Shown one piece after another: positions 25,600 through 33,656 of a stretch of 56,818 nt of DNA. The notes beneath the pieces were generated by a model that made no database searches, was not told the DNA's origin, and saw only the letters and a list, made by a program, of their open reading frames with translations. Where the stretch lies: the NCBI GenBank assembly GCA_964575695.1, contig CAZNSC010000003.1, positions 1-56,818 on the forward strand, read 5' to 3'. The translations under genes and the position numbers were made by a program. The DNA comes from an uncultured Dehalococcoidales bacterium (lineage in GTDB: Bacteria > Chloroflexota > Dehalococcoidia > Dehalococcoidales > W111). How positions within the stretch are numbered: position 1 is the first letter of the stretch; every line of letters starts with the position of its first letter.

Positions 25600-26688
25600 A
25601 TGTGTTCAAGCAAACTGATTTTCTGGTTTGAAGAGATTGGTGGCGAACACAGCGGCCTGGTGGGCAAGAAGTGTGCCAACTTAGGCGCTATGACTCACAT
25701 GGGAATGCCGGTGCCGTACGGGTTTGCCATATCACTCGATGCTTACAAGAAGTTTCTGGAGGCAACAGGAGTCGTGAAGGAGATAGCTAGCTATGTTAGC
25801 AGTCTGGGCGAGCTCAAGGATGCCGGGATTGCCGTTTTTGAAGAGATAAGCCAAAACATACGCGCTATGATAGAAAATCAACCAATTCCAAAAGACTTGA
25901 AGACAGAAGTGGCTTCGTATTACGAGCGGTTATCCGATAAAGTGGGAATTCCTGAAGTTCCAGTTTCGGTTAGGTCAGCCGGAACAGAAAGCCGGCCGGG
26001 TATGTTCGAGACGTACTTAAACGTCCAAGGACGGGAAGAGGTACTGGATAAGGTGAAAAGGGTATGGGCGAGTGCTTTCACTCCTCGAGCTATCGCCTTC
26101 CGCATCAATAAAGGGATGCCGATTGATGGTGATATGCTTGGTGTTGGTGTGGTTCAGATGGTGAACGCCAAGGCCGCTGGCATTGGTTTCACTGTGGACC
26201 CGGTCAGTGGTGACCTGTCAAAGATAATTGTGGAAGCTAACTGGGGTTTGGGAGAGGGGGTCGTTAGTGGGGCAGAAACCGTGGATAGATTCGTAGTGGA
26301 CAAGCAGAGCCTTGAAATCATAGAGAGGACAGTGGGTCAAAAGTCACGGCGGGTAGTGAGCAAAGGGAGGGGTGCTGAGTGGGAGGAGGTTCCTTCAGAC
26401 ATGTGTCAGGTCTCATGTGTAAACGACGAAGAAATAAAGGAGATCGCGAAACTGGCTAGGTTGCTTGAAGACCGGCTGGGTCAACCCCAGGATGTAGAAT
26501 GGGCTATTCACCCCAGTCTTCCCTTCCAACACAACATCTTTCTACTACAAACTCGTCCAGCAAAGGTGGCAATGGTGAAGCCACAGTCAGTCAGTGAGCA
26601 GCTTGCCGACAGGATAGTAAGTTGTTTCAGGGAGATTGATCTATCACCGGCTAAAGACCGGATAAAAAGGATACAAATTAAGTTCTAA
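25600..26688 (+). CDS. PEP synthase/PPDK N-terminal ATP-grasp domain protein (phenylphosphate synthase beta-like)
   Basis: GGEHSGLVGKKCANLGAMTHMGMPVPYGFAI and VSVRSAGTES motifs of the PPDK_N nucleotide-binding domain. About 40 kDa with no His-swivel domain. Confidence 0.85.
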   Translation: MCSSKLIFWFEEIGGEHSGLVGKKCANLGAMTHMGMPVPYGFAISLDAYKKFLEATGVVKEIASYVSSLGELKDAGIAVFEEISQNIRAMIENQPIPKDLKTEVASYYERLSDKVGIPEVPVSVRSAGTESRPGMFETYLNVQGREEVLDKVKRVWASAFTPRAIAFRINKGMPIDGDMLGVGVVQMVNAKAAGIGFTVDPVSGDLSKIIVEANWGLGEGVVSGAETVDRFVVDKQSLEIIERTVGQKSRRVVSKGRGAEWEEVPSDMCQVSCVNDEEIKEIAKLARLLEDRLGQPQDVEWAIHPSLPFQHNIFLLQTRPAKVAMVKPQSVSEQLADRIVSCFREIDLSPAKDRIKRIQIKF

Positions 26689-26757
26689 GGGGATGCGGAA
26701 ATGAGCAAGTAAGTTGATCAAGGCATTCAGACGAAAAAACCAAATAAGGAGCAGAAA

Positions 26758-28530
26758 GTGGAAAATGAAGCAAGATGGGCGAAATGGGAAGCTGTAAAGC
26801 CAGTGTCGGCGAATTGCATATGGGATGTAGGTCCGGGGACTGATTTCGTGCCTGAGGTTGATATACCTACGTATCATTCGTTGTTTCTGGACGAAACACA
26901 TTCCTCACCACCGGTTACACCACTATTTAGCCAACACGGGGCCAGGTATTGGAGCCTTGGCATTACCGAGGTTAACGAAGACCTGGGCATACCCACCTGC
27001 CGTGGCTTCATCTGGAAGCACAAGGAAGGTGGGCTTTACATTGCCTTCCTTGTGGTTAGAGATCCAGAGGAGATAAAAAGGCGGGAGGCAAGATTCAGAG
27101 AGGCAATACGTCCTTATCTTGAGGACTTTGGTGGCTTCTGGCAGAAGAAGAAGAAAGAGTTGAAGGATCTGTACGAACGTCTTAAGCAATTTAACCCTGA
27201 AGGGGCAAGGAATGTTGATCTTCTGCATCACCTTTGGGACATTGAGACAGCTTCTCAAAAGGTGTGGGAAGCACATTTCACCGGGATGCAGCCTTCTTAC
27301 ATGGCTTGGGTTCTCCTTGAAGAGGAGTGTAAGAAGCGCTTCGGCATAAATGACCAGTCCCCTGAGTTTCAGGACATGATGAGAGGGTTTGATAACGATA
27401 TATACCGAGTTGACAAGCAGATATGGGAGCTGAGCAAGCAGGCACTTGACATGGGACTTGGCGATGTATTCAGGGAGAATGAGCCCGAGGCTATAATGCC
27501 TAAACTCGAAGTGACGGCTAAGGGGAAGGAATGGCTCAAGAAGTACAATGATTTCCTCCAAGTTCATGGGTGGAGGGTAGTCCGCATGATGGATCTCGTC
27601 AACCCCTACTGGCTGGAGAAGCCGAGCATCCCATTAGAGACGATGAAGAGTTACATAGTTAGCGGCATAGCAACGAAAAAAGAATATATTATGGATGAGA
27701 GAAGAAGGGAGGTTTCAGCAAAGAGGGAGAGCGCAATCAAAGCGATGCTTAATAGGGTGCCGCCGCAGGATAGCGAGTGGTTCAGGTCACTAATAACTTT
27801 AGCACAGTGGGCCAGCACCTACAGTGAAGAGCACGATCTTTATTGTGAGTTCACCTCACATGCATTCTTCCGTCGCGGCTATCTGGGGATAGGCAAGAGG
27901 TTTGCCGAGGAAGGAGCTATAGACCGGCCTGAAGATGTTTTTATGTTGGGTCCTTGGGAAATGGAAGCTCACATGCTTTTGCCACACCAAGTAGACTTTC
28001 GGTGGCTGACAAGGAGACGCCGAGCTCAGTGGGAGGAATGGGTAAGGAGGTTCAATGCGGAAGGCGAGTGGAGACAGCGTCTTTACACCGATCGTCCCGG
28101 CGGGTTTGAAGAAGCAGTAGCCGAGGATTTGTTGCCATCGAGGGATCCTATTGTCACCAAAATCGTTATCGGTGAGATGCCAGCGGTGACGGCGGAAGAA
28201 CTTCGTGCTGATATAGTGGGTCTCTGCGGCTCCCCTGGGCAGGCTGAAGGAGTTGCTCGCGTCTGTAAACAATATGCTGAGCTTGACAGACTCCAGCCAG
28301 GTGAAATTCTGGTGTGCACCGCCACCGATGCCACTTGGACGCCAGGCTTTAACAAAGCAGCAGCTGTTATTACCGACAAGGGAGGGACTCTTTCCCATGC
28401 AGCTATTGTCGGTAGGGAATATGGATTGCCAGTGGTAGTGAATACCTTCGTCGGGACACAGAAGATTAGATCGGGGCAGCGGGTCAGAGTAGATGCCGCC
28501 CAGGGAGCCATTTACATTCTGAATAAGTGA
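26758..28530 (+). CDS. PEP-utilising enzyme with C-terminal mobile His domain (phenylphosphate synthase alpha-like)
   Basis: The C-terminus DKGGTLSHAAIVGREYGLPVVV is the phosphohistidine swivel signature. The large N-terminal domain is of unknown specificity. GTG start after AAGGAG. Confidence 0.8.
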   Translation: MENEARWAKWEAVKPVSANCIWDVGPGTDFVPEVDIPTYHSLFLDETHSSPPVTPLFSQHGARYWSLGITEVNEDLGIPTCRGFIWKHKEGGLYIAFLVVRDPEEIKRREARFREAIRPYLEDFGGFWQKKKKELKDLYERLKQFNPEGARNVDLLHHLWDIETASQKVWEAHFTGMQPSYMAWVLLEEECKKRFGINDQSPEFQDMMRGFDNDIYRVDKQIWELSKQALDMGLGDVFRENEPEAIMPKLEVTAKGKEWLKKYNDFLQVHGWRVVRMMDLVNPYWLEKPSIPLETMKSYIVSGIATKKEYIMDERRREVSAKRESAIKAMLNRVPPQDSEWFRSLITLAQWASTYSEEHDLYCEFTSHAFFRRGYLGIGKRFAEEGAIDRPEDVFMLGPWEMEAHMLLPHQVDFRWLTRRRRAQWEEWVRRFNAEGEWRQRLYTDRPGGFEEAVAEDLLPSRDPIVTKIVIGEMPAVTAEELRADIVGLCGSPGQAEGVARVCKQYAELDRLQPGEILVCTATDATWTPGFNKAAAVITDKGGTLSHAAIVGREYGLPVVVNTFVGTQKIRSGQRVRVDAAQGAIYILNK

Positions 28531-28543
28531 GTCGGCATTCAGG

Positions 28544-28708
28544 TCAATGTGAGCCATGGAGTGGCATTCCCCTTCGGCGCCATGGCGGCGTCGGAGCTGG
28601 ATTAGTCGTCGCAGGGGCTGCAGGTGGCGGTTGAGCGCAACCTGCAGCCCCGATCGTGAGAAGTAGCATTAGGGTTGGTGCTAACGAAAACCATTTCATC
28701 TTATTCAT
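28544..28708 (-). CDS. Possible small lipoprotein (54 aa)
   Basis: My translation is MNKMKWFSLAPTLMLLLTIGAAGCAQPPP.., a signal peptide plus lipobox. It contains the inverted repeat at 28614-28651. Confidence 0.35.
   Translation of the reverse strand: MNKMKWFSLAPTLMLLLTIGAAGCAQPPPAAPATTNPAPTPPWRRRGMPLHGSH
28614..28651. repeat. Perfect 12-bp inverted repeat with 14-nt spacer
   Basis: GGGGCTGCAGGT (28614-28625) / ACCTGCAGCCCC (28640-28651). No flanking T-run on either strand. Confidence 0.7.
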
Positions 28709-28800
28709 CGAAAGTGTATTTCCTCCTCTCGTTTTCTTTTCTCAAATTCTCTGGTGCTTCATTTTTGCCATCTACATCCTTGGCCTCCTCCCGTGGGAAC

Positions 28801-28908
28801 TTCACCAAGGCTCAGGTCACAGCCCAGTACCGTAAATTCTCCCCCTGGGTAGGTTATTCAACGGCAAATGAAAATCTGACTTCACTAGATCGGAAACCAT
28901 CTCAATAG
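28801..28908 (+). pseudogene. Decayed 3' end of a tyrosine recombinase gene (paralog of 49245-50258)
   Basis: NFTKAQVTAQYRKFSPW aligns with HFTSAQITEQHHKYSPM at the integrase C-terminus. It lies at the same distance (~115 nt) from the shared att-like repeat. Confidence 0.45.
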
Positions 28909-28940
28909 TGGCTAACACCTTGAACCTAAGTCAGCGTCTC
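28908..28940 (+). repeat. att-like direct repeat, left copy
   Basis: GTGGCTAACACCTTGAACCTAAGTCAGCGTCTC vs 50259-50293 GTGACTAATACACCATGAACCTAAGTCAGGGTGTC. The 14-nt core TGAACCTAAGTCAG is identical. Confidence 0.45.
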
Positions 28941-28967
28941 AAGTATTTACACAACGGCAACCGTTTA

Positions 28968-29162
28968 CTATGACCCAGCAAATCCGCGGAGGGCTGTTAT
29001 CGAACCCAAGAATATGTCTCCTGGAGGGCGCGTAGCCATAGGATTATTGCTGGCAATGTTGTTAATGATAGGATTGACTACCGGCGTAGTCATACTGGCA
29101 CTCATAAAGGTTTGGACGTTGGCGGAGGGCCAGCCCTGGTGAGTTTGTGCAATCTTTGACAT
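28968..29162 (-). CDS. Hypothetical 64-aa protein, possibly leaderless
   Basis: The ATG lies a few nt downstream of a promoter duplicated from the FHA-wHTH gene promoter. No family match. Confidence 0.35.
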   Translation of the reverse strand: MSKIAQTHQGWPSANVQTFMSASMTTPVVNPIINNIASNNPMATRPPGDIFLGSITALRGFAGS

Positions 29163-29171
29163 GTAAGATTG

Positions 29172-29200
29172 TTGTTAGTGTGAAGTCAGGTAATTGTCAA
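29172..29200 (-). promoter_or_regulatory. Promoter (TTGACA-N17-TAACAA), duplicate of 31736-31764
   Basis: On the minus strand, GCTTGACAATTACCTGACTTCACACTAACAACAATCTTACATG is ~85% identical to the FHA-wHTH promoter region. Confidence 0.5.
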
Positions 29201-29277
29201 GCACAATCTTCAAAGTTAGTAGTTAAATGATATTACGACCTAGGATTATAAGAATTTATATCCAAAGGAGTATAAAA

Positions 29278-30809
29278 ATGAACAGACTTACATCAAGAAG
29301 ACTCAGTGCTATACTTTCCTGCCTCACGATTCTCGCAATATTTGGGACCATTAGCTTCCCAGCAGTAGCGTCGGCTACAGCTAGTGATGCTGAACTGCTT
29401 GCTCTAACACAAAACACCACCGTGGTGGCATTTAAACCGTCAGGCACATCCAGCAGCCCTAATAGCATTGCAGTTGTTACCGATTCAACTGAGACCCGCC
29501 TGCTGGTCGTCTTGTCCAAGTATAACAGTATTGACGAGCTTAACAATCCCGCGAGAATAGGCCTTGGATCCGATAATGAAATACCATGGCTGCAGGCGGC
29601 ACTAAATTCCTACGGTATAGAGTGTTTTCCCATTATTGTACCCGAATCGGATACCTACAATGCCTTAATCAGAGGTGTGGTGGATGCTGTCCTTGTGACA
29701 GCACACCCCTCCCCTTCTCTGCAGACGGGCATTGAATCAGGCGAATTTCGACTTGTTCCGTGGAGTGAGGAAGCTGTTGCGGCTGTTGTTGAAGTCTATC
29801 CGAATTCCGTGATTCCTGCCCAACTACCAGCAAATACCTACGCCGGGCAAAGTGATGCTATTTTGGGTTACGCGTACCTCCCGCCAATCACTCTGACCGA
29901 AGACTTCACGCTTACTTCCGACATGACCTTCAGTGATACCGGCTTTATTATCGGTGCCGACGACATAACCCTGAACCTGAACGGTCATACCATAATTGGA
30001 ATCTCTCCTCTTCCAATACCGCCCGGCACTGACCCTGTCACCACTGAGGTCGGTGTCCGACTGGGGGAACATACTGGCGTGACCGTCAAGAATGGTACGA
30101 TCAAAGGATTCCAGGTCGGCATTAATCTCATCGGTGCGGATAACAACATCATCAAGGGGATTGTCGCCACTCGTAACAGCTGGGGTTTGTCTCTTTATGG
30201 CTCTAACAATAATCTCATCAAGAGCAACGCCATCAGCAACAACACTCCGGCAGGCATAATGCTCAATGATTCTGACAGCAATACGATAACTGGCAATACC
30301 ATAGAGGGAAATGGAGCCGCTGGCATCGTTATTGCTACAGAAGCGGATAATAATGAAATCCGGGACAACCGCATCAGCAACAACGGTCTAAATGGAATAA
30401 GGCTCGGTGCCTCTCCGGTCGACCCGCCCGGAGCACCCCCGGCGAATAATCCGATAGACGGCAACACCATAGAGGAAAACGGACGAAACGGCATTATTAT
30501 CACCAATGGGGCCCATGATAATGAAATCGGGAACAATACAATAAAAGGCAACGGATTAATCGGGATATTCGTCGGTGCCGCTCCACCACCGGGGCCACTA
30601 CCACCGCCACCACCGGGGCCACTACCACCGCCGCCACCAGAGCCACCGGTGGACCCCCGGTGAACAATCAGATTAACGGCAACAAGCTGTCCCACAACGC
30701 GACCTACGATATACAGGACGTCACCAGTGGAGAAGCTGACTTTGGCACAGCCAATTTCTACCAAGATAATACAGGCAAAACAAGCGACCCGGCAGGTCTG
30801 GTCCGGTGA
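29278..30809 (+). pseudogene. Secreted binding-protein-like domain plus parallel beta-helix (PbH1/NosD-like) repeat protein, frameshifted at a C5 run
   Basis: Signal peptide, then a domain paralogous to the C-terminus of 35885-36817, then beta-helix repeats (NNNLIKSNAISNN, NTITGNTIEGNG..). The frame breaks at 30654-30658. One extra C restores ...PPVDPPVNNQINGNKL... through the stop at 30809. Confidence 0.7.
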
Positions 30810-30962
30810 GGCAACAGCTGGCTGTGTTTTAAGTAAAACCAATAGAACTTTTGATTTAAGGTGTCAAAACAGGAAGGGAGCCCCCGGGAGGAATGCGATG
30901 ATGAGAGGGTGGTGCTTGGTTTCTAATTCAGAAGAGGAGCACTGCCTTCTCTGGCTTGCTTT

Positions 30963-31637
30963 TCACACAAGCATGTAGCCAAAGCCTTTTCGGATAATAA
31001 GGCGTTGTGGTTGTGAAGGGTTCGGTTCTATTTTCGCCCTGAGTCGGTGAACAAGCTGGTCAATGGCAGCATCTGATACACCACCTTGATCAATCGCCTC
31101 AGGCCAGACCTCCGAAATTAACTCATCCCTCTGGCAGACTCTGCCCACTCGATTATACAGGCATAATATGAGATCATATTCTTTTCTCGACAGAATGAGC
31201 TTTGTTTCATCTACCCAGATTTCACCTCTGCTCTCGTCTATCCTGAGCCAACTAATAGAACTGCTTTCGCTTATTTTAGCTGGCTCGATACGGGTAGTAG
31301 AGACTGTATGGTATTCTTTGAATCGCAGTATCACACGAGCCCCTACATCGGTAATTCCCAAGCCGATCACGGAATCATGCTTTAATGGATAGAATTTCTC
31401 CGGTGTGATTCGCACTTCATCTATTGTAGTCCCGTTGGTGCTTCTAAGGTCACGCAGCTGGAAACAATTATTCTTGAAATCTATTTCTGCATGTCGCCTT
31501 GAAATATATTCATCATGTAAGGTTATATCGGGATTTCTCTCGGTATTTCTCCGCCCTATAAGCACGGGATTTTCCCCCAGAGAGAACCTCTTACCAATAT
31601 CCAGGTTATTTCCTATCTCTACTATTATGAAAGCCAT
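30963..31637 (-). CDS. FHA domain fused to an OmpR/PhoB-type winged-helix DNA-binding domain
   Basis: N-terminal FHA (LIGRRN..DEYISRRHAEI..LRDLRSTNGT). C-terminal LSRKEYDLILCLY...VHRLRAKIEP...IRKGFGYML. Confidence 0.85.
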   Translation of the reverse strand: MAFIIVEIGNNLDIGKRFSLGENPVLIGRRNTERNPDITLHDEYISRRHAEIDFKNNCFQLRDLRSTNGTTIDEVRITPEKFYPLKHDSVIGLGITDVGARVILRFKEYHTVSTTRIEPAKISESSSISWLRIDESRGEIWVDETKLILSRKEYDLILCLYNRVGRVCQRDELISEVWPEAIDQGGVSDAAIDQLVHRLRAKIEPNPSQPQRLIIRKGFGYMLV

Positions 31638-31735
31638 ATTTCCCTGATATACATTGCGTTCTTAATCGGTATCTTATGCTGAACAGCCTATAATTCAGGT
31701 ATAAGCCATCTTGCTATGTCAGATTGATGTTAGAT

Positions 31736-31764
31736 GGTAGTCAGGGAATTGTCAAGCGCCTTAT
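31736..31764 (-). promoter_or_regulatory. Promoter of the FHA-wHTH gene (TTGACA-N17-TAACAT)
   Basis: -35 at 31759-31764 and -10 at 31736-31741 on the minus strand. About 90 nt upstream of ATG 31637. Confidence 0.5.
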
Positions 31765-31897
31765 AAAGGCACCGGCTATTATCACATTAGTAAATCCAGG
31801 AGATAAACTTACTGAGTATAATGTCAGCCGGCTACTTACAACTGCTCTCTCAGACCAGCAGCTGAAAACTCAAAGACGGCCCAATAGAGCAGAATAA

Positions 31898-32527
31898 ATG
31901 GGAATAATTGAGATCGTATTAACTATTTGGGCATGGAACCGAGGATGGAGAGGGTGGTCCCTGTTACCCACTTGTATCGGATTGGCTATCGTACTTATCG
32001 TCGGGTTTGTTTTATACGATGCGGGAGTGCTTAAAATAGTTGTACCCAACTTAGGGGGATTAGTTATTATTGATCTGGTCGTTATTTGCGCGTTGATTTT
32101 TATGGTGGCTAGACCACGGGAAAAGCCGCCTGCTCCCACAGTAAATCTGGCTTCCCCACTATCTCAGGTGGCAAGTGACCCATATGGCAAACCGATGAAT
32201 ATGGTGCCTGCGGTTATTTGCCATATGGTCAAGGCTAAGCTGATACTACCGGATAGGAGCGAAATCCCACTTGGTGGAATGGTCAGGCAAATAGGAAGGA
32301 ACGACTTTGAAAGACTCGTGTCACCAGAAGCTCTCCGTTATATTTCCAGACAACATCTCTGGATAAAGTACGATAATGGCAGGTACTTCGCGGAAGATTC
32401 CTATAGCGCCAATGGTACCAAGGTAAATATGATTGAGATAAAGGGCAAAGGGTTACAGGAACTAAAGGATGGCGACCTTATTGATATCGGTGGAATGATA
32501 CAACTTATTTTTAAGATACTATCCTAG
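31898..32527 (+). CDS. Membrane-anchored FHA domain protein
   Basis: Three N-terminal TM helices. C-terminal FHA (IGRNDF...ISRQHLWI...SANGTKVN). Confidence 0.8.
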   Translation: MGIIEIVLTIWAWNRGWRGWSLLPTCIGLAIVLIVGFVLYDAGVLKIVVPNLGGLVIIDLVVICALIFMVARPREKPPAPTVNLASPLSQVASDPYGKPMNMVPAVICHMVKAKLILPDRSEIPLGGMVRQIGRNDFERLVSPEALRYISRQHLWIKYDNGRYFAEDSYSANGTKVNMIEIKGKGLQELKDGDLIDIGGMIQLIFKILS

Positions 32528-32573
32528 GAGCGAGTGATTTTCACAAGTTGCTTGCGGAAAGTAATTCCGGCAG

Positions 32574-33440
32574 GTGCTATGCATGATGTTGGCAGGGGAA
32601 ATAGGCTTATCTTTCGAAACAGCAGCCTTAACCGACGTGGGCATGGTGAGAAAAAACAACGAGGACTGTTTCTTCGCACTCGATGGAAGTGAGCCTAATG
32701 CATTCGGGGCGGAATCTTACGGGATATATATAATTGCCGATGGTATGGGTGGCCACAGAGCCGGCGAAGTCGCCAGTCAGATGGCAACGCGAATATTATC
32801 TACGACTCTGATTGATAGCCTGAGACGGGAAGGCAAATCACGGCCTCCTTCTTACCTGGTGAAGCATACTATTGAAAAGGCGAATAGACAAATATTCAAT
32901 ATGGCTGTGAGTAGACCTGAGCTATATTCGATGGGGACTACAATTACCGTGGGTTTCAGATTGAATAACGCATTATACCTCGGACATGTAGGGGATAGCC
33001 GGGCTTACCTGATAAGAAAAGGAACGATACGGCAGTTAACGGAGGATCATTCCCTGGTTGCCCGGTTACTGAAGGAAGGAAAAATAACGCCAGAGGAAGC
33101 AAAGAAGCATCCCGACAGGGGAAAGATACTGCGATGTCTTGGCGCTTCGGACAATGTCACCGTCGATACACTTATTCAAAATGGCAAGGCGAGGAGACTG
33201 AAGTTATACAACAGCGACACCCTGTTGTTTTGCTCCGATGGGTTGACCTCTCATGTTCCTGACAGTGAAATCTTTTATTACATTGAGAAGAGTGATAATG
33301 CCGGGAACGCATGCAGGAGACTAATTGATCTGGCGAATCACAAAGGCGGAGGGGATAATATTAGTATTATAATTGTAAAAGTAAGTAGGAGTGAAAAGGA
33401 TTTCCAGACTATTATCAGGAGTCTGCGAGTGTTGAAATAA
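32574..33440 (+). CDS. PP2C-family Ser/Thr phosphatase
   Basis: RKNNEDCF, ADGMGGHRAGEVAS, GDSRAYL, CSDGL and GGGDNISIIIV motifs. The start codon is uncertain (32574-32586). Confidence 0.9.
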   Translation: MLCMMLAGEIGLSFETAALTDVGMVRKNNEDCFFALDGSEPNAFGAESYGIYIIADGMGGHRAGEVASQMATRILSTTLIDSLRREGKSRPPSYLVKHTIEKANRQIFNMAVSRPELYSMGTTITVGFRLNNALYLGHVGDSRAYLIRKGTIRQLTEDHSLVARLLKEGKITPEEAKKHPDRGKILRCLGASDNVTVDTLIQNGKARRLKLYNSDTLLFCSDGLTSHVPDSEIFYYIEKSDNAGNACRRLIDLANHKGGGDNISIIIVKVSRSEKDFQTIIRSLRVLK

Positions 33441-33656
33441 AGGGGCTTAGGAGAAGCCAAGGACATGACATAAAGACCATTAAAGCGGTAAGCCGGTTCA
33501 CAATCGGGCTCCATAAAGCGAAAATTTCTGAATGGGATAAAAATAATGTTAAGGAATCTGAGTGAATAGTTTTGAAAGGTTTCCCAGAGTGGTTATGATG
33601 GGACTGAATATTTGACAATTGAAATTAGAGAGAACCCTGGTTATTAGAGCGCAATA

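Noticed and set aside
26923-28557. Long minus-strand ORFs 26923-27567 (214 aa), 27856-28557 (233 aa) and 28083-28511.
   Set aside because: They are antisense shadows of the 590-aa PEP-utilising enzyme gene, which carries an unambiguous phosphohistidine signature.
30195-30842. 215-aa minus-strand ORF with GGSGGGGGSGPGGGG repeats.
   Set aside because: It is antisense to the Pro-rich repeat and beta-helix repeats of 29278-30809. The sense frame has clear repeat-protein homology to the kinase ectodomain.
33611-33625. A third occurrence of the TTGACAATT / AATTGTCAA motif, upstream of the kinase gene.
   Set aside because: Only 9 nt are shared with the duplicated promoter module, and no usable -10 box lies at the right spacing. 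This is within chance expectation.
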